DNA of 64,000 nt, from positions 612-64,611 of the forward strand of contig CAZKZZ010000005.1 of the NCBI GenBank assembly GCA_964557375.1, in the 5' to 3' direction. Origin of the DNA: an uncultured Spirochaetales bacterium (GTDB lineage Bacteria > Spirochaetota > Spirochaetia > SPDA01 > CAZJBZ01). How positions within the stretch are numbered: position 1 is the first letter of the stretch; each line of letters opens with the position of its first letter. This document shows, piece by piece, positions 1-10,347 of the stretch. The notes beneath the pieces were generated by a model. It was not told the origin of the DNA and did no database searches. It was given only the letters and a program-made list of their open reading frames with translations. Position numbers and translations under genes: made by a program.

Positions 1-2
1 CA

Positions 3-866
3 GTCGTCGAAAGAATACGTCCTGAACATCTGGAAAGCCCTGAAACAAGAGAGGCTTTCCTGGCAACTCTTCCCCCGTACATCATGGGAACGGTGGGAGG
101 AAATACAACCTGTCTCGAAATACGGCTCAGAGATGATACAATGATCATTATCGGCTGCGGATCAGGGATAAGAGAATTGGCCAAATCGTTACGGCAGAAG
201 GGCGACTATATCCGTCACTATCATATCTTTTTTACCCACTTTCACTGGGACCACCTTCAGGGGTTCCCGTTTTTCGCGCCGCCGGCATATGATCCCCGCT
301 GCTCTATTACTTTCTACAGCCCTATCAAAGGGTTCGACGATTATGTAAAGAACCAGATGCAGCATCCCTATTTCCCCGTAACGATGGATGTAATGAACGC
401 TACAATTGATTTTCAGGTTCTAAAGACGGCACCGGTTCGTATCGGGTGTGCTGATATTTTCTGGAGGCCGGTAAAGCATCCTGGAGGTTGTCAGTCGTAT
501 AAAATCGTAGAAGACAACAAATCAATGGTGTTTTCCACGGACACTGAACTCACTGAAAAGGATTTTCACAAAAACAAAGAGAACATTGCTTTCTACGCCG
601 GGACAAACACGATTATTCTTGACAGCCAGTACACTCTCGACGAAGCAATTGAGAAGTACGATTGGGGGCACTCCTCGTACAGTCTAGCGGTGGATTTTGC
701 GGCGGAATGGAATATCCCGAATCTCTATCTCTTTCATCATGAGCCGCTCTATGACGATAAAAAAATCCACAGTATCGTTAAGAATGCTCGCTGGTATCTC
801 AAACATTTAGAAAAAGACGGAATACATATTGAATTGGCCGTTGAGAACATGGAGCTCACGGTTTAA
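3..866 (+). CDS. MBL-fold metallo-hydrolase (5' end probably outside window)
   Basis: ORF track gives 84..866, but the frame has no stop back to the window edge. It carries the HxHxDH metal motif (HFHWDH) and downstream His/Asp residues typical of the metallo-beta-lactamase fold. Confidence 0.7.
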   Translation, partial: VVERIRPEHLESPETREAFLATLPPYIMGTVGGNTTCLEIRLRDDTMIIIGCGSGIRELAKSLRQKGDYIRHYHIFFTHFHWDHLQGFPFFAPPAYDPRCSITFYSPIKGFDDYVKNQMQHPYFPVTMDVMNATIDFQVLKTAPVRIGCADIFWRPVKHPGGCQSYKIVEDNKSMVFSTDTELTEKDFHKNKENIAFYAGTNTIILDSQYTLDEAIEKYDWGHSSYSLAVDFAAEWNIPNLYLFHHEPLYDDKKIHSIVKNARWYLKHLEKDGIHIELAVENMELTV

Positions 867-1052
867 ATGGTTACAGTAGACGGCAGGGACCTGATCGGTC
901 TGTATCTTTTTTTAAAAAACCGTGAACCTGAACTGGATACGAGATTACGGTCATTGCTGGACAGAATCGAGCGGATACTCTTTACGCGGCTCTCGATTGA
1001 CGATTTTGAAAATTTGGAAGAAAAATACAAAAAGAACCAAATTATTTTATAG
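867..1052 (+). CDS. small hypothetical protein (61 aa)
   Basis: The ATG directly follows the TAA of the MBL gene (TAAATG), on the same strand and just upstream of mltG. No recognisable domain; charged, helical-looking composition. Confidence 0.4.
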   Translation: MVTVDGRDLIGLYLFLKNREPELDTRLRSLLDRIERILFTRLSIDDFENLEEKYKKNQIIL

Positions 1053-1067
1053 ATTAAGGATGTTTTC

Positions 1068-2096
1068 ATGAGACGCTTCTTGCGTGTTTTGTTAGGCCTG
1101 ATCCTGATGACAATCCTCGTTGCAATTATCGGGATCGGCACTGTATATATTCTCAATCAGCCTTCAGAGAAAGTTGAGAGAAAGGACACTTTTTTTTCAG
1201 TAGAAAAAGGAGAATCGTTAGGTCTTATCGCGGACAGGCTCGAAGAAGAGAATCTTATTCGGTCTTCGCTTCTTTTACAGGGTATAAGCAGGCTTAAAGG
1301 GACTGAGCAAAATGTCAAAGTTGGAAGGTACAAAATTGAACAGGGCAGTTCGACGTTATCAATCCATGATTTACTCGTAGCGGGAATACAGGTCCTAGAA
1401 CGGATTACTATTCCTGAAGGATGGACCATGTCACGAATTGCCGAAGAGCTCGAAGAATTGGGTATTACTGGAGCCGAGGCGTTCCTCGAGGTGTGCAGAG
1501 ACCAATCATTCCTGCAGGAACACGGAATTGCTGCCGATTCCGCGGAAGGCTACCTGTTCCCTGAAACGTACAGTTTTCCCGAAGAACATGACCCGAAACT
1601 GGTGGCTGACTCACTCGTAGAGACCTCATTTAAAGTAATTGCGGAGATTTATCCCGATTATAAGAAATTCGACCAGGAAACGCTGCATAATAAGGTAATT
1701 CTCGCCTCAATTGTGGAACGGGAATACCGAATTAAAGAAGAAGCTCCCCTGATCGCTTCGGTTTTTTATAATCGATTGAGTGTTAACGTCGGTCTCGATT
1801 CTTGCGCAACGATTGAATACATTATCACTGAAAAACAGAACAAGCCGCATCCGAGCTATCTGACCTACGAAGATCTAAAAATAGAGTCTCCCTACAATAC
1901 GTATAAGTACGCCGGTCTCCCGCCCGGTCCAATTTGTAATCCGGGAAGAACGGCACTTCATGCAGCTTTCTATCCGGCGGACAGTGATTATTGGTATTTC
2001 TTGTTAAAAGATCCTCAAACCGGTGAGCATTATTTTTCTAAAGATATTGATGAGCACAACCAGGCGCGCCGGCTCTATTTAAAACGGCTACCTTGA
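1068..2096 (+). CDS. mltG: endolytic murein transglycosylase MltG (YceG family)
   Basis: N-terminal TM helix followed by a YceG-like domain (PEGWT, EGYLFPETY, ASIVEREY with catalytic Glu, NTYKYAGLPPGPICNPG). AAGGA RBS lies upstream of the ATG. Confidence 0.9.
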   Translation: MRRFLRVLLGLILMTILVAIIGIGTVYILNQPSEKVERKDTFFSVEKGESLGLIADRLEEENLIRSSLLLQGISRLKGTEQNVKVGRYKIEQGSSTLSIHDLLVAGIQVLERITIPEGWTMSRIAEELEELGITGAEAFLEVCRDQSFLQEHGIAADSAEGYLFPETYSFPEEHDPKLVADSLVETSFKVIAEIYPDYKKFDQETLHNKVILASIVEREYRIKEEAPLIASVFYNRLSVNVGLDSCATIEYIITEKQNKPHPSYLTYEDLKIESPYNTYKYAGLPPGPICNPGRTALHAAFYPADSDYWYFLLKDPQTGEHYFSKDIDEHNQARRLYLKRLP

Positions 2097-2121
2097 CCGA
2101 AACGAATATACTGAAACGAAT

Positions 2122-3891
2122 ATGCGGATACCTGACAGTAAATTAGAAGAGATTTCAGAGAAACTATCCATCGAACAGGTTGTCGGCGAGTATGTCGTAC
2201 TGACGTACAGAAACGGCAGACACTGGGGGTTATGTCCTTTTCATAACGAGAAAACCCCGTCGTTTTCAGTTTCTTCGGAAAAGGGGTTATTCTACTGTTT
2301 CGGCTGCCACAAGGGAGGGACTATCTTTCAATTCATTATGGATATGGAACATCTAACCTTTGTCGAAGCGGTAGAAAAACTTGCCGAAAAGGCCGGTGTC
2401 GATATCGGCGCGTACCAATATGACAAAGCATCGAGTAAGCAGAAAGCTGTTATGGAGCTGTACACCAGAGTTGCCGGAAGCTTTAACTACATTTTGAATA
2501 ACAGTGATGAAGGTATGCAAGCCAAACAGTATATCAAACAGAGAGGCATCACAGAAGAAAGCGTGGAGGTTTTTCAACTCGGGTTTTCTCCTTCAGACAG
2601 ATTGTGGCTTCATCGATTCCTTCGAAAAAAGGAATATTCACCATCATTTCTCGCTGAAACCGGACTGTTTTTGAAAAAAAAGCATGAATTAGCTTTTTTC
2701 CATAACAGAATCATGTTCCCGATCCGAAAATCACATGGGCAGGTAATAGGTTTTGGCGCAAGATCATTGGGGGACCGGGAACCGAAATACCTGAACTCAC
2801 CAGAGTCGGATTTCTTTCAAAAGAGGAAACATTTATACGGATTAGCTGTCAATATCGACAACATTAGGAAGCAGGACCAGTTCATTCTGGTGGAGGGGTA
2901 CACAGATGTTATTACCCTTTACCAAGCAGGGCTGCGGACGGCAGTTGCTCCGCTGGGGACCTCACTAACTGAAGAACAGGCACGGCTTTTGAAACGGTAT
3001 GCAAACCAGGCGTGTATACTGTTTGACGGGGATGATGCCGGTTTACGGGCTGCGGAAAAAGCCTCGTACATTTTCGAGGAGCAGGAGTTTGACACAAATG
3101 TCGTGACCCTGCCGGAGGGGGTGGATCCGGCAGATGTGTATAAAAAAGAAGGGCCGGATGGATTGAAAAAATCAATGGAATATTCTATAAATAGTTTTGA
3201 CTTTTTATTGGAACGGGCCCTTATCGGAAAGAACAGTGAAGATACCGCAGTAAAACGGCAGGTAATTGAGAGACTGCATCCATATTTGAAAATAATTGGA
3301 TCAGAGGTCAAGAGAGACGGTTGCATCAGGCGTTTAGCGGAAAAATTGCAGGTAAGTTCTCAGTCTATATGGCATGATTATCTATTAAAAGAGAAAGCTC
3401 CACAACAACAGCAGCAACAATTAAATCCAAAAAGTCCAAAAGTAAGTGCAGATTTATATTTAATGATAGCCGTTATCGAAAATTATGATTATTTTACAAT
3501 TGTAAGAAATGAATTATCAACTGAAGATCTCATCGATAAAGATAGCAGGGAGCTTTTTCTGATTCTCGAAGATTGCTATCGAAAAAACGAAATTTCTTTA
3601 AATTCTGTATTAGAAAGACTTGCAAATGATCAATTAAAACATATTATTTTAGAAAGAATAGCGAGTGATGAGTTTAAAATCAATCATGAACAGATAATAA
3701 AGGATACTATACGAAGGATAAAGAGAAGAAATATAGAAAAGAAGAAAAATCAACTGGATCAGCATATAAAGAAACTGGAGAAAGTCGGTAACAGCGAGCA
3801 GAAAATCCAGGAACTTCTTTCCGAATTGATGTTTTTAAACAAAGAGATCGAAAAATTGAGGGTGAATAATAATGACGGAACTGCAGACTGA
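2122..3891 (+). CDS. dnaG: DNA primase DnaG
   Basis: CHC2 zinc finger ([11 protein letters not shown]...CFGCHKGG), TOPRIM motifs (EGYTDV, DGDDAG), and a C-terminal helicase-binding-like helical region. Confidence 0.95.
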   Translation: MRIPDSKLEEISEKLSIEQVVGEYVVLTYRNGRHWGLCPFHNEKTPSFSVSSEKGLFYCFGCHKGGTIFQFIMDMEHLTFVEAVEKLAEKAGVDIGAYQYDKASSKQKAVMELYTRVAGSFNYILNNSDEGMQAKQYIKQRGITEESVEVFQLGFSPSDRLWLHRFLRKKEYSPSFLAETGLFLKKKHELAFFHNRIMFPIRKSHGQVIGFGARSLGDREPKYLNSPESDFFQKRKHLYGLAVNIDNIRKQDQFILVEGYTDVITLYQAGLRTAVAPLGTSLTEEQARLLKRYANQACILFDGDDAGLRAAEKASYIFEEQEFDTNVVTLPEGVDPADVYKKEGPDGLKKSMEYSINSFDFLLERALIGKNSEDTAVKRQVIERLHPYLKIIGSEVKRDGCIRRLAEKLQVSSQSIWHDYLLKEKAPQQQQQQLNPKSPKVSADLYLMIAVIENYDYFTIVRNELSTEDLIDKDSRELFLILEDCYRKNEISLNSVLERLANDQLKHIILERIASDEFKINHEQIIKDTIRRIKRRNIEKKKNQLDQHIKKLEKVGNSEQKIQELLSELMFLNKEIEKLRVNNNDGTAD

Positions 3892-5629
3892 TCAAGCGGT
3901 TGCAAAGCTTATAGATTACGCAAAAACAAAGAAGACTATCAGTTATGATGAAGTACAAGACTTTTTACCCGATTCAATAGTTAATTCTGATAAAATTGAT
4001 GAGGTTTTGTCTCTTCTCGAGAAGAACAGTATCAGCTTACAGGACGAAGTCGAGGCTGAATCCGAGGCGGAAAACCTCGAGGAAGAAGTAGAAGAGGAAA
4101 AACCGAAAAAAAAGCCCGAAAAAAAGAAGAAGGTCGTTGTAAACGAAAAAGAGAGTGCTATCGATGACCCGATTAGACTCTATCTGCGTGAAATAGGGAA
4201 AGAAAATTTACTGACGGCCGAACAGGAAGTCGAGCTCTCTAAACAAATGGAAGACGGTGAGAACATCATCAAGCGGGTCATCAAAGAATCCGGTATGATA
4301 ATTCCGGAAGTGTTCGAACTCGCGAAGAAGACGTTTTCGAAGATAGATCCCCGCGAGCTGGAAATGTCGAAGAAAGAAATATCGGAGTTTCTTGCAGAGC
4401 GGAGGAGACTCAATCAATATTACCGTGATCCCCTCAAAGAATTGGTCCCGCAGTTGAAAAACTATATGGATGTAAAGAAAAAACTGGTGGAGAAGGGGGG
4501 AGACCCCTTTACTGATGACGCTCTACAGAAAAAGAGAAAATACCTCCTCAATAAAATCAAAGACCTCGATATTCATCAGGAAGAGATACTGAGTTTCTCG
4601 GAAAAGTTTCTCAACGCGACGAAACGGATAAAGCGGTATAAGCGAGAGCAGAGCAAAATAGAAAAGCGGCTGAGAGTATCGAGCCTTCGAGAATTACGAG
4701 GTTTAGGCCGCGGTCTTGCAATTACTGAACAGCGGCGGACGATCGAGCGGGAACTCGGAATGCCGGCTGATGCGATAAAAGAGAAGATTCGACAAATACA
4801 GGTCACCGAACGGAAGATGAACTCTATGGAGATGGAGTTCGAAAACAAAATTGATGACATCTTAGAGATGTCCAACGAAATCTCTTACGGTAAGGTGATG
4901 ATGAAAAGTGCTAAGGACAGACTTATAAAAGCGAACCTTAGGCTTGTTGTCAGCATTGCAAAAAAATATACCAACCGTGGTCTTCACTTTTTTGATCTCG
5001 TCCAGGAAGGGAATATCGGGCTGATCAAAGCCGTTGAAAAGTTCGAATACCGTAAAGGATACAAGTTCTCGACGTATGCTACATGGTGGATCCGTCAGGC
5101 TATTACGCGGTCCATTTCGGACCAGGCCCGTACCATTCGCGTCCCTGTTCATATGATCGAACAGATCAACAAAGTTGTAAGAGAATCGAGACAGTTAATG
5201 CAGCTTCTAGGCAGAGAACCTACCGATGAAGAGGTTGCCGAGCGGCTCGGATGGTCCGTCCTCAGGGTAAAATCGGTTAAAAATGTTGCCCGTGAGCCTA
5301 TTTCACTGGAAACTCCTATCGGTGAAGAGGAGGACTCTCTGTTAGGAGATTTTATCGAAGATAAAGATATTGAAAATCCGGCAAGTCAAACCGCATTTAC
5401 TATTCTACAGGAGCAGCTTCAGGATGTACTCGAAACACTGCCCCCCCGGGAGCAGGAAGTGTTGAAAATGCGTTTTGGACTCGAAGACGGGTATTCGCTT
5501 ACATTAGAAGAGGTAGGACTCTATTTTAATGTAACAAGAGAACGGATAAGGCAGATAGAAGCAAAAGCACTCAGAAGATTGAGGCATCCGAAACGGAGCC
5601 GTCGACTGAAAGATTATATTGAACATTAA
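3872..5629 (+). CDS. rpoD: RNA polymerase primary sigma factor RpoD
   Basis: Region 2 ([31 protein letters not shown]), region 3, and region 4.2 ([26 protein letters not shown]). GAGGG RBS; overlaps the dnaG 3' end by 20 nt (classical dnaG-rpoD order). Confidence 0.97.
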   Translation: MTELQTDQAVAKLIDYAKTKKTISYDEVQDFLPDSIVNSDKIDEVLSLLEKNSISLQDEVEAESEAENLEEEVEEEKPKKKPEKKKKVVVNEKESAIDDPIRLYLREIGKENLLTAEQEVELSKQMEDGENIIKRVIKESGMIIPEVFELAKKTFSKIDPRELEMSKKEISEFLAERRRLNQYYRDPLKELVPQLKNYMDVKKKLVEKGGDPFTDDALQKKRKYLLNKIKDLDIHQEEILSFSEKFLNATKRIKRYKREQSKIEKRLRVSSLRELRGLGRGLAITEQRRTIERELGMPADAIKEKIRQIQVTERKMNSMEMEFENKIDDILEMSNEISYGKVMMKSAKDRLIKANLRLVVSIAKKYTNRGLHFFDLVQEGNIGLIKAVEKFEYRKGYKFSTYATWWIRQAITRSISDQARTIRVPVHMIEQINKVVRESRQLMQLLGREPTDEEVAERLGWSVLRVKSVKNVAREPISLETPIGEEEDSLLGDFIEDKDIENPASQTAFTILQEQLQDVLETLPPREQEVLKMRFGLEDGYSLTLEEVGLYFNVTRERIRQIEAKALRRLRHPKRSRRLKDYIEH

Positions 5630-5642
5630 GAGGTGTAGCCAT

Positions 5643-6428
5643 ATGATGGAAGATGTTTTTGATAAATTGAGAGCGTTGCAGGACATCCTCAGCAGAAAAT
5701 TCGAAATAGAGCGGGAAATAAATGAGATACCCCGGGCGCTGACGACGAAGACGGAACTGGTAAATCGGCTTAAAAAATCGTACATCGAGAAAAACGAGCG
5801 GCTCGAGGAGAACAAAAAAAAGATCCGAATGCTCCGTAACAGGCTCGCCGAGGCTGAGGAACAGCGGGAAGAATATGAGAAACAGATGGACCTCATAAAA
5901 ACCCAACGGGAATATGAAGCTCTAGATAAAGAGATCAAGGATGCTATCGAAAAAGAACAGCAGCTGCGAAAAGATATCCTCAAAGAAGAAAAAGACTTAG
6001 AAGAGCTTACTTCCTCTATAGAACGAGATGAGAGTATGATCAGTCAGCAGGAAGAAGAGCTCGAGAAAGAACAGCAAAAGATAAAAGACGAAAGTAAAGA
6101 GAAGCGGGAACTCTTAGAACAGCTTAAAAAAGAAGAAGAAGAAATAATTCCCGGGCTCGATGAAGAGATTCTTTTTAAATTCGAAAGAATTATCCGAAGC
6201 AAATCAGGGTTAGGTATTGTTCCGATTAAAAATGATGTATGTACAGGCTGCCATATGATGCTCCCCGCGCAGTTCGTAAATGATGTGAGGACGGGAAAAA
6301 AAATCCTCTTTTGCCCTTACTGCAGCAGAATCTTGTTTCATGAAGAAGTGTCGGAGGAGGAAAATTTCTTCAATGAAGAAGATGCGGGCAGTTTAGCTGA
6401 TCTGGCCGATATCCAGGACCAGGCATAA
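5643..6428 (+). CDS. coiled-coil / C4 zinc-ribbon protein (COG1579, DUF164 type)
   Basis: Long heptad-rich Glu/Lys region followed by CTGCHM...CPYC. Start placed at ATG 5643 (AAGAGG about 9 nt upstream) rather than track start 5619, which overlaps rpoD. Confidence 0.8.
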   Translation: MMEDVFDKLRALQDILSRKFEIEREINEIPRALTTKTELVNRLKKSYIEKNERLEENKKKIRMLRNRLAEAEEQREEYEKQMDLIKTQREYEALDKEIKDAIEKEQQLRKDILKEEKDLEELTSSIERDESMISQQEEELEKEQQKIKDESKEKRELLEQLKKEEEEIIPGLDEEILFKFERIIRSKSGLGIVPIKNDVCTGCHMMLPAQFVNDVRTGKKILFCPYCSRILFHEEVSEEENFFNEEDAGSLADLADIQDQA

Positions 6429-6436
6429 TAAGCTGA

Positions 6437-6464
6437 TTGTCTTTTTTTAAATTTTCGTTATAAT
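6437..6464 (+). promoter_or_regulatory. putative sigma-70 promoter of rnpB (TTGTCT-16 nt-TATAAT)
   Basis: TTGTCT at 6437-6442 and TATAAT at 6459-6464. The predicted start site is about 7-12 nt downstream and coincides with the 5' strand of RNase P helix P1 (6476). Confidence 0.45.
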
Positions 6465-6475
6465 AACATTTACAA

Positions 6476-6898
6476 AGGCAGGTCGGATTATCGCTGTTTG
6501 TACGTGCGATAGACAGAGGAAAGTCCGGGCTTCGTAGAGCAGGACGCCGGGTAACTCCCGGGCCCTTTTCTCCGGTTTTTAAAGGATATTAGTTATATCA
6601 TGACAAATACCGGGAGGGGGGACAGAAAGTGCAGCAGAAAATATACCGCTTGGCCCAACCGCTTAAATATTTATAAATATTTAAGCGGTTGGGTAGGGTA
6701 AGGGTGAAAAGGTGAGGTAAGAGCTCACCGCTTTACCGGCAACGGTAAAGGCAGTGCAAACCTCGTCCGAAGCAAAGCCAAGCAGCAGATTGGGTTGCTC
6801 GCCTGTTATCTGCGGGTAGGCTGCTGAAAAAGAGCGGTAACGTTTCTTTTTTAGATAGATGATAATCTAAAACAGAATCCGGCTTACGGACCTGCCTT
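6476..6898 (+). ncRNA. rnpB: RNase P RNA, bacterial type A
   Basis: Universal elements are visible: GAGGAAAGUCCGGGCU (P4 5' strand), GACAGAAAGUGC, GGGUAAGGGUGAAAAGGUGAGGUAAGAGCUCACC, GCAAACC, and ACAGAAUCCGGCUUAC (P4 3' strand). The termini pair as P1 (AGGCAGGUC / GACCUGCCU). Ends are approximate to +/-5 nt. Confidence 0.9.
6654..6693. repeat. perfect 40-nt palindrome inside rnpB (variable-helix position)
   Basis: CCCAACCGCTTAAATATTTA|TAAATATTTAAGCGGTTGGG. Every position pairs with its mirror (checked base by base). Confidence 0.9.
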
Positions 6899-6930
6899 AT
6901 TTTATTGAAATTATTTTATGTTTTCACTAT

Positions 6931-7884
6931 ATGATACTACCAGAGGATAGATATTCATTCTCTTCTAAGAAGAGAAGACAGGGCTTGTCCGGAAAATTTT
7001 TTCTTATTCTCATCATTGCTGCGGTTGTAATCGGGGGGTCGGTTTTCGCGGTTTTTAACTGGGGCCTCTTCCTGCAAGAAACCAATAGCGATAAAACAGA
7101 CAGCAGTATACTCTATGAACTGTGGCAAACCCGGCAATACACAGCAATTATTGACAGATGTCGCGCTCTCTTGCAGGAAAACCCGATGAATCCGGAAGCG
7201 TTGGTGTTTTACGGGTTCGCAAACTTTTATGAGGGAGTGGCACAGTACTCCTTTGAAGATAAGGTGGAGTATTTCGACAACTCCATTTTTGCCCTGCGAA
7301 AGGCGGAGCTTATTGAAAAACATCCGTTTCCGGGACCAACGCAGTATGTTCTTGGTAAGGCGTATTACCATAAAGGCAGATTCTACATGGACCTCGCCTT
7401 AGAGTACCTTCAGAACTCTATTGACATGGGGTATATTGGCGAAGATACCTATGAATATCTCGGATTGGCATATTCTGAACTCGAGCAGTATGAAAACAGT
7501 GCCGAGGCATTTCTAAAAGCTGCAGAGGAAAATCCTTCAGATATTTTGTTTTTAACTCTTGCACAAACTTATTATAAAATGGATGATATGCAACTAGCTG
7601 AAGAATATCTAATTCGGACAATTAACAAAACAGAAGATGTTTCAATTGAGGAGAAAAGCCGTTTTCTGCTCGCACAGATATATATGGACGATGGAGAATT
7701 GATCAAAGCTGAAAATCAGTATCAGGAAGTTCTAAAAGACAATACGGAATCAGCTGAAGCCCACTTTAATCTTGGTAAGATTTATGAGAACATGGGTGAT
7801 ACAATTAAAGCCAGAGCAGAATGGCGAAACGCTTTGAAAATAGATCCCTCGCACTACGGGGCTCGATTGAAATACTACGATTAG
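6931..7884 (+). CDS. membrane-anchored tetratricopeptide (TPR) repeat protein
   Basis: One N-terminal TM helix (FFLILIIAAVVIGGSVFAVF) followed by several TPR-like 34-aa units (…AEAHFNLGKIYENMGDTIKARAEWRNALKIDP). Confidence 0.75.
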   Translation: MILPEDRYSFSSKKRRQGLSGKFFLILIIAAVVIGGSVFAVFNWGLFLQETNSDKTDSSILYELWQTRQYTAIIDRCRALLQENPMNPEALVFYGFANFYEGVAQYSFEDKVEYFDNSIFALRKAELIEKHPFPGPTQYVLGKAYYHKGRFYMDLALEYLQNSIDMGYIGEDTYEYLGLAYSELEQYENSAEAFLKAAEENPSDILFLTLAQTYYKMDDMQLAEEYLIRTINKTEDVSIEEKSRFLLAQIYMDDGELIKAENQYQEVLKDNTESAEAHFNLGKIYENMGDTIKARAEWRNALKIDPSHYGARLKYYD

Positions 7885-7911
7885 ATGTAGCGTGACTAAT
7901 TGGAGGTTACT

Positions 7912-8949
7912 ATGGGCAGGTTGGTAGATGCCTTTTCTTCCGACATCGGTGTTGATCTTGGTACATGTAATACTCTCGTCTATGTGAGAGGAAAAGGCAT
8001 CGTGATGAGTGAGCCATCGGTGGTTGCAGTGGAGAGGGGTACCAAAAAAGTTGTTGCAGTAGGCGCTGAAGCAAAAAGAATGTTGTGGAAAACTCCGGGG
8101 GACATCATTGCCATTAGACCGCTTCGTGATGGAGTCATTGCGGACCTCGAAACCACGGAAAAGATGATTCGTTATTTTATCAGTAAAGTCCTGCCCAGAC
8201 GGTGGTTCGTAAAACCGAGGATGGTCATCGGTGTACCTACCTGCATTACTGAGGTCGAAAGAAGAGCAGTGGAGGAGAGTGCCTACAAAGCCGGTGCCCG
8301 TGAAGTAAAAGTAATAGAGGAATCGTTGGCTGCAGCGATCGGTGCGGACATGCCGATCAATGAACCTGCAGGACACATGGTGTGTGATATCGGGGGCGGT
8401 ACGACTGAAATCTCGGTTATATCTCTCGGAGGCATGGTCGTAACGAATGCAATACGCCTAGGCGGTGATGAGTTTGATGAATCGATTATCAAACATGTGC
8501 GGAATATCCATAATCTTATTATAGGTGAGCAGACGGCCGAAAACCTCAAGATGACCATCGGAAACGCTTACCCGGACAAACAAATCGACAAGATGGAGAT
8601 AAAAGGGACTGACGCAATTACCGGCCTTCCCCGCAGGCTGGAAATAGATTCGGTCGAGGTACGGGAGGCGCTGCAGGAACCGATAAATGCTGTCATAGAA
8701 GAGATAAAACGGACACTCGGGCAGACGCCGCCTGAATTGGCTGCAGACATTGTTGAACGGGGTATTGTAATGACAGGAGGCGGATCACTGTTAAAAGGTC
8801 TTCCAAAATTGATTTCCAAAGAGACCGGGGTCCCGGTCATTCTAGCAGAGAACGCGCTGCTTTGTGTGGCTATGGGTGCGGGGATGTATTTTGATCACTC
8901 CAAAAAAACGATGAATGCGGGAAAAACGATTTATAACAAGATAAGTTAA
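7912..8949 (+). CDS. mreB: rod shape-determining protein MreB
   Basis: Actin-fold motifs ([26 protein letters not shown]). Track start 7900 is a TTG; ATG 7912 has a GGAGG 5 nt upstream. Confidence 0.95.
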   Translation: MGRLVDAFSSDIGVDLGTCNTLVYVRGKGIVMSEPSVVAVERGTKKVVAVGAEAKRMLWKTPGDIIAIRPLRDGVIADLETTEKMIRYFISKVLPRRWFVKPRMVIGVPTCITEVERRAVEESAYKAGAREVKVIEESLAAAIGADMPINEPAGHMVCDIGGGTTEISVISLGGMVVTNAIRLGGDEFDESIIKHVRNIHNLIIGEQTAENLKMTIGNAYPDKQIDKMEIKGTDAITGLPRRLEIDSVEVREALQEPINAVIEEIKRTLGQTPPELAADIVERGIVMTGGGSLLKGLPKLISKETGVPVILAENALLCVAMGAGMYFDHSKKTMNAGKTIYNKIS

Positions 8950-8962
8950 CAGTACACCGTTA

Positions 8963-9808
8963 ATGCAAAATATTACACGGTTTGTAGGCAAAAATAAAAC
9001 AGGTGCTACACTCATTGCACTTCTTCTTATCTCTTTGATTTTTCTTGTTCTGAGCACTAATAGTATCCAGCTGAGCACGAAAAGTTTCGGGCTCTCCCTT
9101 TTTTCGTTGTCACAATCAGGCATCTCTAAAATGAGTGATTTTTTCTCTCAGACAGTCAATTCCATAAATGAGCTGAAAAAGCTGCGTCTTCAGTACGCGG
9201 AAATGGAAGAACGGCTCAATGAGTACCGTCAGCTCGAGAGAAATATATCTGAATTACAAACGGAAAATGAACAATTACGGGAGCAGCTCGGCTTTTCCGA
9301 AAAAATAGGCTATGAACACCTTTCGGCTGAAATTATCGGGAAGGACCCCGGGAACTACTTCAATACTATCATGATCAATCGCGGTAAGAGGGATGGGGTT
9401 GAAATAAATATGCCGGTCATAGCGTTTCAGGACGGATTTCAGGGACTTATCGGCAAGGTAGTTACAGTCGGAGCATGCTGCTCGGAAGTGCTGCCTCTCT
9501 TTGACCGGTCTTGTTATGTCGCTGCACGGATGCAGTCTTCCCGGTATGAAGGACTGGTATCCGGAAAGGGAGGGGATGATTCTCGGCTTATAATGCAGTA
9601 CGTGAAAAAGCACGCACGCGGCGAAATAAAGTACGGTGATTTAGTGATCACATCGGGAATGAACTCCATTTTTCCACGCGGCATATATATCGGAAGAGTG
9701 CGGAATATCGGGGGAAAGGAGTATGATACCTCCCTTAACATCGAACTAGAACCGGTGATCGATTTCTCTCGTTTGGAATATGTGTTTGTATTGAGTCGAA
9801 AAGAATAA
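8963..9808 (+). CDS. mreC: rod shape-determining protein MreC
   Basis: TM anchor, coiled coil, then an MreC beta domain (GLIGKVVTVG...SRYEGLVSG). Sits between mreB and mreD. Confidence 0.85.
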   Translation: MQNITRFVGKNKTGATLIALLLISLIFLVLSTNSIQLSTKSFGLSLFSLSQSGISKMSDFFSQTVNSINELKKLRLQYAEMEERLNEYRQLERNISELQTENEQLREQLGFSEKIGYEHLSAEIIGKDPGNYFNTIMINRGKRDGVEINMPVIAFQDGFQGLIGKVVTVGACCSEVLPLFDRSCYVAARMQSSRYEGLVSGKGGDDSRLIMQYVKKHARGEIKYGDLVITSGMNSIFPRGIYIGRVRNIGGKEYDTSLNIELEPVIDFSRLEYVFVLSRKE

Positions 9809-9828
9809 GTTTTAAAAAGGACCGACCA

Positions 9829-10341
9829 ATGGAGAGAGCCAGAATTTGGCTGCCGCCGGTATTAATAATTACAGCTATTGTACTTCAGTCGACCTTACTA
9901 CAGCGTCTGTCAATTGCTGACGTCGTCCCGGATATTTCTTTGATGTTGCTTATCTTTTTTGCAAACAGGCAGGGCTGCATGCAGGGTCAAATTTCCGGTT
10001 TTGCATCAGGTCTGGTACAGGATTTTCTCAGCACAGCTCCGCTCGGTTTCTATGCGTTTATCAGGACGATTACAGGTTTCCTCTATGGATTGACGAAAGG
10101 TAAGTTTTTTGTCGATCCGATCCTGCTTCCTATAATCCTTGTGGTGGTTGGAACGCTGTTCAAAGCACTGTTTACCGGTATTCTCGGCCTTTTTTTCATT
10201 CCGCCTGAAAGCATGGAGCCTGTTTTCGGACAAAAATTGTGGATTGAACTTGGTTTCAATGCACTGATCGCTCCGTTTCTCTTCGGGTTGTTAAAAGTTT
10301 TCAAAGTTTTTAAAGTAAGAAATACGGGAGGGTTTTCGTAA
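9829..10341 (+). CDS. mreD: rod shape-determining protein MreD
   Basis: 170-aa polytopic membrane protein directly after mreC, with an AAGGA RBS. The call rests on position and size. Confidence 0.75.
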   Translation: MERARIWLPPVLIITAIVLQSTLLQRLSIADVVPDISLMLLIFFANRQGCMQGQISGFASGLVQDFLSTAPLGFYAFIRTITGFLYGLTKGKFFVDPILLPIILVVVGTLFKALFTGILGLFFIPPESMEPVFGQKLWIELGFNALIAPFLFGLLKVFKVFKVRNTGGFS

Positions 10342-10347
10342 TAGAAT

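Noticed and set aside
3403-3420. Six consecutive Gln codons (CAA CAA CAG CAG CAA CAA) in the DnaG linker.
   Set aside because: It is a short homopolymer in a known variable linker between the TOPRIM and C-terminal domains. It is unlikely to be functionally informative.
7750-8376. 208-aa ORF antisense to the end of the TPR gene and the 5' half of mreB. Similar long antisense ORFs lie at 5504-5983, 25873-26385, 47301-47804, 48267-48719 and 59324-59797.
   Set aside because: Each lies entirely opposite a gene with unambiguous conserved motifs. Their translations are low-complexity, Ser/Phe/Arg-rich mirror images of Glu/Lys-rich coding sequence. They have no RBS and no recognisable domain.
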